Source of the DNA: an uncultured Candidatus Saccharimonadales bacterium
GTDB taxonomy: Bacteria; Patescibacteriota; Saccharimonadia; UBA4664
Direction of reading: 5' to 3'
Assembly (NCBI GenBank): GCA_964467655.1
Contig: CAYXSN010000009.1
Span: 85 to 64,084 of the forward strand
Length of the DNA: 64,000 nt
Made by a program: the position numbers and the translations under genes. Of the stretch, positions 29,306 through 39,055 are shown piece by piece. Numbering within the stretch: position 1 is the stretch's first letter; every line of letters starts with the position of its first letter. Under the pieces are notes generated by a model. The model saw only the letters and a list, made by a program, of their open reading frames with translations. It made no database searches and was not told the origin of the DNA.

Positions 29306-30019
29306 TTATAATTCAACGTAGCCTTCGTAGTAGTCAAAGATAATATCAGCTGATCCCACTCCGGACTGGTGCAACCCGTCACCCATGGCCGACACAAAGT
29401 ACTGGGTGCCAGACAAGTAAAACAGGGCATTCTGGGGCGCTAAGCGGATCACCTCAACGGCCGTCAGCCACGTCGGCCGCACCACGTCATGCCGGCTGCC
29501 AACCAACCCTTTATACGCAAAATCATCGAGCAGTGCCCTTTCCTCAGGTCGCCGCGCCCACCACACCGACACGTCGCGGCTTGCATGGCCCCCCTGTCGG
29601 CCGATTTCCGCCAAAGGGCTCAAAGCCGAAGCAATTCCAATGCCCTGGGCAACAAACACCAAGGGCTTATCAATATCCGCCGGCAGTACGGCAAAGCCAA
29701 TCGGCTCAGTCATGGCCGCCGGCGCGCCAGGTTCCAGAGCCATGAGCGCCCGCTTGTACAGGCTGCCAGGTTTCTCGAAGCGCATCATAAATCGCAAATC
29801 TCGTTCCGTGGGATGCGACACCAAGGTAAACGTCCGCGACTCAATGTGGGTTTGCTTGCCACCAGCGTCGGGTACTGCCACTTCAAAATCGGCGTACTGG
29901 CCAGGGGTAAATTCCACTCGCTGTTCAGGCCGCCAGCAAAACTCCCACACTCCGGGCACGAGCTCAATCTTTTGCACAAACGTCACAGCAATCGGCGCCT
30001 TCAAGCCTTCCCCCTTCAT
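29306..30019 (-). CDS. ferredoxin-NADP reductase-like FAD-binding oxidoreductase
   Basis: FTPGQY, RTFTLVS, VAQGIGIA, C-terminal YEGY. Confidence 0.8.
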   Translation of the reverse strand: MKGEGLKAPIAVTFVQKIELVPGVWEFCWRPEQRVEFTPGQYADFEVAVPDAGGKQTHIESRTFTLVSHPTERDLRFMMRFEKPGSLYKRALMALEPGAPAAMTEPIGFAVLPADIDKPLVFVAQGIGIASALSPLAEIGRQGGHASRDVSVWWARRPEERALLDDFAYKGLVGSRHDVVRPTWLTAVEVIRLAPQNALFYLSGTQYFVSAMGDGLHQSGVGSADIIFDYYEGYVEL

Positions 30020-30023
30020 TGCT

Positions 30024-30770
30024 TCAAGCTGAGGTTAAAGCCAGTATTACCCGTTTGATCAAAGCCTGAGGCAGCGGCTTGTCGAGCCCGAACCACAGTG
30101 TCCCCTTACCCTTCACGTACGGCTTCAGCTCGGCCGCCAAGGCCTCATCATGGGGTACCGGGTAAATCGCCAGGTGGTCATTCCAGCCCGAGATAAACAC
30201 CCGTGCCCGCTTGTCATCAATTTTGTAACCCAAAATGCCGTAGCTCACCAATTCCCGCGCTCCCGGCAGCAACTCTTTCACCAGGTTCCGCAATTCATCA
30301 AACTGCGGCCGGGTTGCCTCGGGCACTTGCGCCACGTAGTCTTCAACGGTTACAGCCTTGCCGGCTGGCCCGGTACCCCGACGGTAAATGTCCTCGAGAA
30401 TTTCCCGCAAAATTCCCAAATCGGCATCAGCTAAGTTATTCAGATATAAGCAACCCACCCCAGTTTTGTGTTTGCCCAACCGTGCCAGCTGCTGGCCATA
30501 CCGGTCAAAACCACCCTGGATATACAAGGTGACAGCTGCTTTGCGCGGGCTAAACGCCAATTGTGGCATATCGCCCTCGCGGCCGCTTTCATATTTGTAA
30601 TGGTACGAACCAAAACCAATAATGCTCGGTCCCCACATCTTGGGCGCCAAACTACTTATGTCCTGCATAATTTCCATGAGTTGGTGCGCCTCGGTCCGTC
30701 GCTGAGGACTCACCCCCTCCAGAAATTGGTCAACAGATACTGTCGTTGGTTGGGTTGTATGCTCTGCCAT
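30024..30770 (-). CDS. tandem DUF1801 (YdhG-like) protein
   Basis: MWGPSIIGFGSYHYKY.SGREGD domain, then a second TVEDY...SYGI..YK...KGTLWF domain. Confidence 0.85.
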   Translation of the reverse strand: MAEHTTQPTTVSVDQFLEGVSPQRRTEAHQLMEIMQDISSLAPKMWGPSIIGFGSYHYKYESGREGDMPQLAFSPRKAAVTLYIQGGFDRYGQQLARLGKHKTGVGCLYLNNLADADLGILREILEDIYRRGTGPAGKAVTVEDYVAQVPEATRPQFDELRNLVKELLPGARELVSYGILGYKIDDKRARVFISGWNDHLAIYPVPHDEALAAELKPYVKGKGTLWFGLDKPLPQALIKRVILALTSA

Positions 30771-30863
30771 TATTGGCGATTATAACTGATTTTTAGCCCC
30801 AATTTACTGCTACAATGGTCAGACCATTGCTCAACGACCATTAACTAAAATTTGGAGGCCACA

Positions 30864-31295
30864 ATGGCAGTCAAACTTAATTCCTACATTGGCTTTAACG
30901 GCGAAGCCAAAAGCGCCATGGAGTTCTACAAATCGGTCTTCGGCGGCGAAGTGTATTCAGATACGTTTGGCGCCTTCAAGGACAAAGGTGGTATGCCGGT
31001 AGCCGATGAAGATACCGACAAAATCATGCACGCCTACCTCAAAGGCGACCACGGCATCGAACTCATGGCTGCAGACGCCCCCACAGGTATGCCCCTCGAT
31101 AGTGGTTCACAAATGAGCCTGTCGCTCAGCGGCGATGATGAAGCGCTATTGCGTGGCTACTGGGACAAACTCAGTGAAGGCGGCCATGTCACCATGCCGT
31201 TAGACAAAGCTCCCTGGGGCGATACCTTTGGCATGCTCACCGACCAGTTCGGCATGAAGTGGATGGTGAACATCGGACCGGTCCAGAATGGCTAA
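30864..31295 (+). CDS. VOC/PhnB-family protein
   Basis: YIGFNG.A..AMEFY.SVFGG, IMHA, WGDTFGMLTDQFG..W. Confidence 0.92.
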   Translation: MAVKLNSYIGFNGEAKSAMEFYKSVFGGEVYSDTFGAFKDKGGMPVADEDTDKIMHAYLKGDHGIELMAADAPTGMPLDSGSQMSLSLSGDDEALLRGYWDKLSEGGHVTMPLDKAPWGDTFGMLTDQFGMKWMVNIGPVQNG

Positions 31296-31560
31296 GCAAT
31301 GCCAAAGTTGCGGCATGCCCCTCCAAACCAAAAAAGCCGGTGATTGCCGCGGCACCGAGGCCGGCGGTGCAAAAAGTGAAAAATGGTGCAAACTCTGCTA
31401 TGTAGACGGCCAGTTCATCGGGCCGGATTGCACCCTAGCTGATATGAGAAAAATTGTCGACGATGCCCTCAAAGAGCAGGGGAGTGGCCGTCTCATGCGC
31501 TGGCTGGCCCAGCAGCAACTACCCCACCTCGAGCGATGGAAGGCGCAAAAGCGCTCATGA
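31288..31560 (+). CDS. putative zinc-ribbon protein
   Basis: CQSCGMPL...WCKLCY..G; LPHLERW. Confidence 0.85.
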   Translation: MAKQCQSCGMPLQTKKAGDCRGTEAGGAKSEKWCKLCYVDGQFIGPDCTLADMRKIVDDALKEQGSGRLMRWLAQQQLPHLERWKAQKRS

Positions 31561-31946
31561 ACGAAGCCATCAAAGCCTACAACCATACCCAAACACCCTC
31601 AGACCAAGCCATCTGCGACTCGCTGGCCGATCAGATTAACCAAGCCCTGCCCCAGGCTGAATCCAAGATCTGGCATGGCTCACCCGTTTGGTTCCTGGAT
31701 GGCAATCCGGTTGTCGGCTACGCGGTCAGAAAGCAAGACGTGCAGCTGTTATTTTGGAGCGGCCAGTCGTTCGACGAACCCGGTCTCAAGATCTCGGGCA
31801 GCTTCAAAGCCGCCCAAGCCCTCTACGCCGATGTAACCCAAATCAACTCAGCCGACCTCAAGCGTTGGCTCCACAAAGCCGAAACCATCCAATGGGATTA
31901 CAAAAACATCGTCAAGCGCCGCGGCGTGCTCGAGCGATTAAAGTAA
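31557..31946 (+). CDS. DUF1801 family protein
   Basis: KIWHGSPVWFLDGNPVVGY...LLFWSGQSFDE. Confidence 0.88.
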   Translation: MNEAIKAYNHTQTPSDQAICDSLADQINQALPQAESKIWHGSPVWFLDGNPVVGYAVRKQDVQLLFWSGQSFDEPGLKISGSFKAAQALYADVTQINSADLKRWLHKAETIQWDYKNIVKRRGVLERLK

Positions 31947-32010
31947 CTCCTGCGCTATCTAAGCCCTGACGCGCTAGCTGCCCAGCCGTCACCAACGTAT
32001 ACTGGTAACC

Positions 32011-32403
32011 ATGGATACTCGTAGTTGGTATGAAGCACTCGCTAAGCCGTCATGGGCGCCTGAGGTGGCGGTTTTTGGCCGGGTGTGGACTGCCATTTAC
32101 CCTATCATTTTTGCCGTCAACATCTACGTATTGGCTAGATTTCTCGGAGGCAAGCTACCGCTGGCCGCTGCCCTACCGTTTTGGCTCAACCTGGCGGCCA
32201 ACTTTGCCTTCACGCCCGTCCAGTTTGGCCTCAGAAACCAGCTCCTCTCGTTGCTCGTCATCGTGCTCGTGGAAGTCACCATCATCTGGAGCATGGTAGC
32301 CATCTGGCCGTACCACAAATGGGTGGCCTTGGCATATGTGCCGTACCTGGTATGGGTATCAATCGCCACTGCCCTGCAATATCAAATATGGCGCCTGAAC
32401 TAG
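32011..32403 (+). CDS. tspO: TspO/MBR family protein
   Basis: WY..L.KPSWAP...FGRVWT; PYLVWVSIATAL. Confidence 0.92.
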   Translation: MDTRSWYEALAKPSWAPEVAVFGRVWTAIYPIIFAVNIYVLARFLGGKLPLAAALPFWLNLAANFAFTPVQFGLRNQLLSLLVIVLVEVTIIWSMVAIWPYHKWVALAYVPYLVWVSIATALQYQIWRLN

Positions 32404-32411
32404 CTAGCCCC

Positions 32412-32750
32412 ATGACAGAACCAGAACGAAAATTTTGCTACCTCTGGCTAACTTGCAGCAAAGGCGAAGAACGCCAAATCGCTCAAAGACTGCTCGCCAA
32501 ACATCTCATCAGTTGCGCCAAATTCGTAGCCGTGAGCTCCATGTATTGGTGGCAGCACGAGATCGAATCAGCTGATGAAATAGCCATAATCATGGAATCA
32601 GCCGAAGACCTGTTTGACGAAATCGAAGCCGAGGTCGCCACAATCCATAGCTACGACACCTTCGTGCTGCAACTTCTGCCCGTCGCTCGCATCAATCGGT
32701 CCGCCGCCAAGTGGATGAACGAAAGCCTAAAGGCGCCTTCTCGCCGCTAA
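32412..32750 (+). CDS. cutA: divalent cation tolerance protein CutA
   Basis: IA..LL...L.SC...SMYWW...IE...E...HSYD. Confidence 0.85.
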   Translation: MTEPERKFCYLWLTCSKGEERQIAQRLLAKHLISCAKFVAVSSMYWWQHEIESADEIAIIMESAEDLFDEIEAEVATIHSYDTFVLQLLPVARINRSAAKWMNESLKAPSRR

Positions 32751-32771
32751 CGCATGAGGTAAAATAGCCCC

Positions 32772-33080
32772 ATGACCAAAGTTACCCTCTCCGAAGGCAC
32801 CGTCCACCAGCTCCCCGACGACTTGCGCCGGGCCCTTGCGGCCGCGCCGGGCGCCATTGCCGCCTGGGAGAGTCTCACGCCCCTGGCTCGCAACGAGTGG
32901 ATCTGCTGGAACACCGAAGTCAAGCAGGAAGCCGCCCGACGCAACCACATCCAGCGTACCGTCACCGAACTCCAGGAGGGCAAGCGCCGCCCGTGCTGTT
33001 GGATTGGCTGCATTCACCGCACCGACAAGGCCATCAGCCCGTCCGTTGCCGGCATATTGGCCAAGCGGGCCAAGGCCTAA
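32772..33080 (+). CDS. YdeI/OmpD-associated family protein
   Basis: LPDDL..AL...W..LTPLARNEWICW...K...RRPCCW. Confidence 0.88.
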   Translation: MTKVTLSEGTVHQLPDDLRRALAAAPGAIAAWESLTPLARNEWICWNTEVKQEAARRNHIQRTVTELQEGKRRPCCWIGCIHRTDKAISPSVAGILAKRAKA

Positions 33081-33211
33081 GCTAGGCTAAGCACTCCTCA
33101 GCCAGCTCCGGAAACGCGCATTTGATAATCGGAAAAAATTATTATATAATTTGCGGCGCTGAGGATTCCTCGCACATCCTGTCCATCCGTACCTCGAGAA
33201 CGGAGCCCGTC

Positions 33212-34693
33212 ATGGCCCCACAACAAACAAGCTGGCCGCGACAAGCAGCTACCAAGATTGGCCAATGGGGCGACTCAGTTCGGCAAACCCCCGACCGGCC
33301 CTACACCACAGACCGCTGGGTTACGCGGGTCTATCACTGGGTCGAGCGCCAGCGCGGCCAACGCTTCAAGCCTGAGGGCGTCCGCGATAGCCGCTGCCAC
33401 ATCGGCGAAGTCGTGATGTTCCAGGCTCCGTACTGGGCTATCCGCCGCTTCATGGCTCTCGGGCCGAGCTACAGTGGCACCGTGCTGCGGCGCAGTTTCG
33501 ACAACGTCAAGATCCCGGTGCCACCACTAGTGCTGCTGGCCGGCCTCATCGGCTTGAGCATCTGGCTATTTGAGCTGGCCGCGGTCTGGGTGTTGGCAGT
33601 TGCCTTCAACCTGCTGTACATGGCCCTAGCCGCTACCGTGGTACACGATTTGTACGCCACGCTAGCCGAAAAGCCGGATGAGACCAAGTTCTGGTCGGCT
33701 TTCCGCGACGCAGAAGACACCTATTCGAGCGGGCCGCTCACCCTGCTGTTCTTCGTGGGGATCGTCGAAGTCATCGCGCTCGGGTTGGTGGTCATGCTCG
33801 TCGCGGCATGCCTGATCACGATCCTCTGGATCGTCGATGAAATCGGTGTGGGCCGGGGTCTGAAACGCCTCCTCACGTGGCATCCAGCCACGCGGGGGCT
33901 GCGTTGGCTCAGCACCTGGTTCATGCTGCTGCTCGCCAGCCTTGCCTATGCTCAGGTAAGTTGGATCGGCTTGAGTTTCTGGGTCCGGATATGGCATAAC
34001 GTCATCGACTGGCTGGCGGCCAGTTGGCAGATCACGCTCTTGCGGGTAGCGCTCGGCGGAATCGTGGTTGTATCGATCATCGCCCTGGTGATAGCGGTCC
34101 GTGCCATTGTCGAAGCCATCGAGCGCCGGTACCAAGCCGCGACAGCCATCAACGCGCAGGTCTCCGACCAGCATTCGGCCAGCCAGCCGCTCACCGCCGT
34201 TGACCGTGGTCTACTTGGCTTCGCCGGTGCAGCCAAATGGTCCGGCCGAGTTCTGCTTGGCGTGCTGGACTTCTTCGTCCTGCTCTGGACGGCCCTCACG
34301 GCCGCCAAGAAGACGATTTGTCCACTCATTGAGGTCGAGCCTGACCCGATCCCCTTGGCACTCCAGCCATCGGGCACAACCGAACCGGCCGAGGAGCCAG
34401 CCGAAAGCCACGAGTCGGACGACCAAGTCACTGAACATCGGTATGCGGTAGTCGTCTACCACGATCACGGCACCATCGACCAAACGTTCGACTGGACGGC
34501 AGCCAGCCGGCCTGGGGACACCATGAGTTCGATCATGACCCGTCTCGTCCAGGATAAGTCCGCCAACCTGCCGGAAGATTGGTATCTGGACCGGGTCATC
34601 CACCTGATTCGCCTGACCGAGCACGTCGGCACCATTTGGAGGTGGGAAGGCAGACAACCTGTACCAACGGTTTTGCCCGTACCGGCAAACTGA
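33212..34693 (+). CDS. hypothetical multi-pass membrane protein (ORFan)
   Basis: Long GC-rich ORF with several TM segments; ends TAAKKTICP before an acidic linker. Confidence 0.7.
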   Translation: MAPQQTSWPRQAATKIGQWGDSVRQTPDRPYTTDRWVTRVYHWVERQRGQRFKPEGVRDSRCHIGEVVMFQAPYWAIRRFMALGPSYSGTVLRRSFDNVKIPVPPLVLLAGLIGLSIWLFELAAVWVLAVAFNLLYMALAATVVHDLYATLAEKPDETKFWSAFRDAEDTYSSGPLTLLFFVGIVEVIALGLVVMLVAACLITILWIVDEIGVGRGLKRLLTWHPATRGLRWLSTWFMLLLASLAYAQVSWIGLSFWVRIWHNVIDWLAASWQITLLRVALGGIVVVSIIALVIAVRAIVEAIERRYQAATAINAQVSDQHSASQPLTAVDRGLLGFAGAAKWSGRVLLGVLDFFVLLWTALTAAKKTICPLIEVEPDPIPLALQPSGTTEPAEEPAESHESDDQVTEHRYAVVVYHDHGTIDQTFDWTAASRPGDTMSSIMTRLVQDKSANLPEDWYLDRVIHLIRLTEHVGTIWRWEGRQPVPTVLPVPAN

Positions 34694-34775
34694 AACGCGA
34701 CCAACTCGCCCCGTAAGGGCGGCACAGACGTTTCGTGAGAAACGGGGCCGTTCTTACGGGGCGTCTGTGCGTTTC
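34692..34775 (+). other. structured RNA or hairpin element
   Basis: 17-bp stem (34707-34723/34747-34763) with two G-U pairs, inner cgtttc-GTGA-gaaacg hairpin, outer gaaacgc/gcgtttc stem. Confidence 0.5.
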
Positions 34776-34921
34776 GGCTGATTAGCCTTAAATGTCTTCT
34801 CCACTATCAGGCTAAACTCAACTTCAGCATCAGGAAATCCGCACCCCTCGTTACGTAGGCAAAAGCAAGCAACATGTTCCTGGCTCCGCGTAGTGAACGA
34901 TGTTAGAACTGCAATTAATGC

Positions 34922-36112
34922 TTAAAGCTTAGGTTTATCTAGTGCTTGAACTCCTAAAAAGCTCTCTTTGCGGAGCGCCTCTATTACTCCGCGCAAAAGA
35001 TAGCTATTTGCAAACGCCAATACATACGACCTACCCTTATCCGATATCCTACTACGCGAGTCGAGAGGCAGTAGTAAGCCAGCATCCTTAAGTTTCCTGA
35101 TCTCTCTTGATCTACCAGCTGAGACCTGTTTGGGCATTAAATGGTGAATATCACCAGCATTAATAACCATTTTCTTTGCGGCTATTTCGAGAATGTCGGC
35201 CTGTAGAGCGCCTAGGCTCTTATTATTTCTGCATGTGGTTATTGCAGGGATAAGAATTCGATTTACTAAATAATTCATATCAAGTAAGTTATCAATCTTA
35301 TTGATTTCCTCTAACAGCCCAGACAGAACGTAACCGGACCATTCAAGGATTCCGCCAACGTCGCCCTTATCCGCCAGAGCGAGCATTGAATAGTATTTAT
35401 CACGATCAATGCAAAAAATTGCGGTTGGGTTGAGGATTCGCCCCTCGGATACATTAAATCCTTGCTTTATAAGCATTGCATATGTTAGAAGCCGAACTAC
35501 ACGGCCATTCCCATTACCAAAGGGATGGATCCAAGCAAAACGATGATGGCTGATTGCCGTATTTAAAAGCAGATACTGCTTATCTAAGGAGGCATTTATA
35601 AAGTTAACCAGCTCATCCATATAGCTTTGAACCTGTATATGGGATGGGGGGCGATGCTCTGCGTGCTTGATGCTCACATCATGACCCCTATATTGCCCTG
35701 GCGTTCTATCGCCTTCACCTTCCGGGTATGGCTTTAGATCGGAAACAACAATTTTATGAAGCTCACGGATAAAAGCGTGATCAAGCGTAGATCCGGGCCG
35801 AATATTCTCGTCCACAAAGTCCATCGCCTTTTCCATGTTTTCGATTTCTTTTGAGGACTCATCCTTAGGAGTCGACCCTTCAATTTTTTGTTCCACAATC
35901 TCCGAGAGGGTAGTATTGTTGCCTTCAATCCGGACCGAGCCAAGACTTTCTAGTAGCTGAAAGATTTCCTTAAGCTGGAAGAACACAGCGGGGTGAACGC
36001 CGCCGCCAAGCCTCTTATTTCGTAAGGAATCCAACTCGATGATTGTTGACGTAAGACTTGAACCAAATCCGGGATCAACCAGACGAAGATCATGATGGTT
36101 AAATGTAGACAC
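34922..36112 (-). CDS. Fic-family protein with N-terminal autoinhibitory motif
   Basis: HPFGNGNGRVVR; SVRIEGN inhibitory helix. Confidence 0.92.
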   Translation of the reverse strand: MSTFNHHDLRLVDPGFGSSLTSTIIELDSLRNKRLGGGVHPAVFFQLKEIFQLLESLGSVRIEGNNTTLSEIVEQKIEGSTPKDESSKEIENMEKAMDFVDENIRPGSTLDHAFIRELHKIVVSDLKPYPEGEGDRTPGQYRGHDVSIKHAEHRPPSHIQVQSYMDELVNFINASLDKQYLLLNTAISHHRFAWIHPFGNGNGRVVRLLTYAMLIKQGFNVSEGRILNPTAIFCIDRDKYYSMLALADKGDVGGILEWSGYVLSGLLEEINKIDNLLDMNYLVNRILIPAITTCRNNKSLGALQADILEIAAKKMVINAGDIHHLMPKQVSAGRSREIRKLKDAGLLLPLDSRSRISDKGRSYVLAFANSYLLRGVIEALRKESFLGVQALDKPKL

Positions 36113-36325
36113 GTTTAGTAGCGATTCTTATTTACTCAATGGTAGCATACTATTTGTAGTAACACAAGTTGTTTAATTAACAAATAGAATGAAGATTGAT
36201 TAACAAAATAAGATACAGAATATGGATTATTATTATCAATAACGAGAGATTGTAATTAACAATCCAGAAATACTACAATAACCATGTAGATAAATTGCTG
36301 TTAATTAGAACGAATAAAAGTAAAT

Positions 36326-36356
36326 AAAAAAATGAGACCTAAACAGTCTCATTTTT
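36326..36356. terminator. hairpin with A/T flanks
   Basis: aaaaatgagac-ctaaaca-gtctcattttt. Confidence 0.5.
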
Positions 36357-36501
36357 AAACATAAGTTCTTTGGCTCCCCATCCATGATTCAATCAGGAAC
36401 CTGTCGTTTGAGTATCAAGTCGACGATAGCTACCTTAAAGATTTGATGCGACGGCTTGGGTTGACGCGGGGCAAACTTGCGCGCCCCGCGCCACAGGCGA
36501 T

Positions 36502-37365
36502 CTAATGCGGAAGGGCCGTCAGATCGATTTTGGCAGCCAGCTGATCGTAGTCTGGCCGCGATGCTGTCTTGAGGCGCTCGGCAAATTCCCGTGCCCGAAT
36601 GTCCTCGTAAACCACCTCGGATACATTACCCGCCATGGGTCTCAGCAGATCGACGGTTCGCTCAAAGAATTGAGCGCCGCTCTTGGCATTGCCCACTCCA
36701 AGATAGCCGTGAGCCAGTAGGCCGTAAATTTGAGCCAGCCGTCGTTTCTGTCCGTCCTGTTCGTTCGCCTGGAAAATAAGGCCCACGCACGACCAAAGCG
36801 CCGTAATTGCCTCGGAATGCTGCTCCCGAACTAGGCGCAGGGCCGCCAAGTGCAACAGAGCCGTCATTTCGTAGAACCAATGGCCTTCTTTGCGAATCGT
36901 GGCCAAACCTCGATCAAGCCACTGTTCGGCCTTGTCGTAATCCTGCACTTCCAGGTAGTGCAACCCGATCTTAGACTCCGTGATACCCAGCTCAGCGTCA
37001 GCCCCGCTACCACGCAGCGCCTCTTCGCTTTTCTCTAGCCACTCGATGGCTTTGTCATGCTCCTTGCGATAAGCATAGGCGATGCCAATATCCCGATAGA
37101 CGCGCCCCACACCAGCTTCATTGCCTGTTTCATAGTGAAGCTGAGCCGCCTTTTCAAGCGTCTCGATGGCAGCGTCAATGTCGTTCTCGACCTTGTAGCT
37201 CACTCCGACCATATGCCAGCACTCGGCTGCCCGTTGCTTTTCGCCAGCCTCTAGGAACAGGGCAGCGGCTTGCTTGTATTTCTCGACAGCCGCCAAGCCT
37301 TGACCATTGTTGCGAAGGTCACCAGCTTGTTTTTCGAGCAGCTCGGCTTGGTGGATTTGATTCAT
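36502..37365 (-). CDS. tetratricopeptide-repeat protein
   Basis: Repeated helical TPR units (AECWHMVGVSY, GRVYRDIGIAY). Confidence 0.85.
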   Translation of the reverse strand: MNQIHQAELLEKQAGDLRNNGQGLAAVEKYKQAAALFLEAGEKQRAAECWHMVGVSYKVENDIDAAIETLEKAAQLHYETGNEAGVGRVYRDIGIAYAYRKEHDKAIEWLEKSEEALRGSGADAELGITESKIGLHYLEVQDYDKAEQWLDRGLATIRKEGHWFYEMTALLHLAALRLVREQHSEAITALWSCVGLIFQANEQDGQKRRLAQIYGLLAHGYLGVGNAKSGAQFFERTVDLLRPMAGNVSEVVYEDIRAREFAERLKTASRPDYDQLAAKIDLTALPH

Positions 37366-37424
37366 GAAATTCCTCGCTTAGGTAGATGGCCTAATATTCA
37401 GTTTAACCCAAAAGATTTGCTAGC

Positions 37425-38318
37425 CTAGACGGCTGAAACGATGCAAGTCGGACAGCTCACATCGCCCTTCCATTCGATAGCTGAGTCGGCTTCATGGAAG
37501 GTAAAGTGGTCGAGGCCACGAATTGGTATATGACCCTCCTGGTTGAGCTGCATGATACCCGTTTTCTGCCATCCGCCCTCGCGCGGAATTTCAATCGGCG
37601 CAACCACCACCCGCCAGAGCATAGAAATAATCGATCGCTCGGCATCGCCAGCGGTCTCAGGCGCCAACCCAGCACTATTGATACCCGTAAAGTAACCGAG
37701 ATGGTTAAAAGATGGGCCGCCACTCATTGAATGCAGAATCTCATATGGCACCTCGATTACAGGCGGCTGGGCACTCGATGCCCTCTCGAAAAGATGACGC
37801 CCCGTAATTGGACCTGCGCCATCATGCATCACGAGAGTATGGCGGGTCTTATTGCCCTCCAGGCGAACATTGGCTTCGTCCAGTTTTCCGACATAGTCGA
37901 GGGAAGACATCATGGTTCCTGACCGAGGCGGATGCAAGTCTATCGTAAGGCGAGGTAAGTTATCGACGTCCTCGTGGGGCAATGGCCCATCAATTGCCTG
38001 GGCCGTCAAAATCGCCAGGTCCGAATTTGGAACCATATGTATCTTGCCTATTCTCCATACCAGTAATTGCTTATCCTTGAGAACATGTAGCAGGTCAACC
38101 TCGAAGGTCACATTCGTATCCGATTCGAGCATGCTTAGCTGCCTTGCCATACCCATATCAATAAAAGCCTTCTCGACTACGTGCTTCGCCGTGATAAAAA
38201 TCCCAGGCGCCAGGTAGGCAGCCGATCCGACAACCTCGTTAACACCTCTTATCCTGTGAGCTAAAACCAAACAGACGAGCTGTTTGTCGCTCTCGAAATA
38301 TTTGCTCCAGTCGCTCAT
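37425..38318 (-). CDS. trypsin-like serine peptidase
   Basis: TAKHVV (His), SDLAIL (Asp), SMSGGP (Ser). Confidence 0.8.
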   Translation of the reverse strand: MSDWSKYFESDKQLVCLVLAHRIRGVNEVVGSAAYLAPGIFITAKHVVEKAFIDMGMARQLSMLESDTNVTFEVDLLHVLKDKQLLVWRIGKIHMVPNSDLAILTAQAIDGPLPHEDVDNLPRLTIDLHPPRSGTMMSSLDYVGKLDEANVRLEGNKTRHTLVMHDGAGPITGRHLFERASSAQPPVIEVPYEILHSMSGGPSFNHLGYFTGINSAGLAPETAGDAERSIISMLWRVVVAPIEIPREGGWQKTGIMQLNQEGHIPIRGLDHFTFHEADSAIEWKGDVSCPTCIVSAV

Positions 38319-38346
38319 GCGAACCTTTCAGCGCGGAAAGACGCGA

Positions 38347-38574
38347 CTAAAGACCTTTAAACAAATGCTCTAGGCTCATGCCGAGCGAGTTTGCAATCTT
38401 AACCAGCGTCGATAGGGTAGGCTTCCGTCGGCCCTGCTCGATGAAGCCCATGTGGCTTCTATCAATACCGCTGCTAGCCGACAACTGCTCCTGAGACATG
38501 CCGCGTTCTTTACGGGCGGCAACAATACGCTTGCCTACCTCGGAATAAACAACATCAACAGATAGTGGCTTCAT
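38347..38574 (-). CDS. XRE-family HTH regulator
   Basis: GKRI...RKERGMSQEQL...GIDRSHMGFIEQGRRKPTL. Confidence 0.93.
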   Translation of the reverse strand: MKPLSVDVVYSEVGKRIVAARKERGMSQEQLSASSGIDRSHMGFIEQGRRKPTLSTLVKIANSLGMSLEHLFKGL

Positions 38575-38589
38575 GCATCAAGCGTATTG

Positions 38590-38654
38590 CTTACATAAGT
38601 AAGCCGCTACTGACAAATGTCAGAGTTTAGTATATAGTTGCTGACATATGTAAT
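38590..38654. promoter_or_regulatory. three palindromic operator copies between xre and the recombinase
   Basis: cttacataagtaag (38590), ctgacaaatgtcag (38610), ctgacatatgtaat (38641). Confidence 0.6.
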
Positions 38655-38672
38655 CAATTAAGGAGAACGTTA

Positions 38673-39022
38673 ATGAGCGAATTACTCAGGCAGAATATGA
38701 CAATATGCCCACCAAATGGCGGACTCAGCAAAAGGACCACGAGAAGAAACTAGCCCGCCTCACCCAAGCCGACGAAGAGTATTATCTGACCGTTTCTTAT
38801 CTGATGGACATTGCCGCACGCGGCAGCGAACTATTTATGGCCGCCGAACCAAACGAAAAGCGAGAGTTAATCGGTTTGCTTGGTCAGAACCTGTTATTGG
38901 ACGGTAAAACCATCCAAATTAGCCTCAACAAACCGTTCGATGCTCTCGCCTCGTGTCGTAATGATAATAACTGGCTCCGGGGACTGGATTCGAACCAAGT
39001 GTTTCTACCACCTAAATTTTAG
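38673..39022 (+). pseudogene. internally deleted serine-recombinase-like gene, C-terminal tail only
   Basis: SD plus ATG 38673 is out of frame with ERITQAEYD...KRELI..L.QNLLLDGK...KPFD...WLRGLDSNQ, which runs into a tRNA-3'-like att site. Confidence 0.6.
38972..38997 (-). repeat. tRNA 3'-end fragment (att site)
   Basis: Minus strand reads tggttcgaatccagtccccggagcca: T-loop plus acceptor 3' strand and CCA. Confidence 0.75.
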
Positions 39023-39055
39023 GCTCGCTTTACTTTAGCTTACATCTGTAAAATA

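Noticed and set aside
38972-38997. A second tRNA gene
   Set aside because: Only the T-arm and 3' acceptor strand are present, with no D-arm or anticodon arm.
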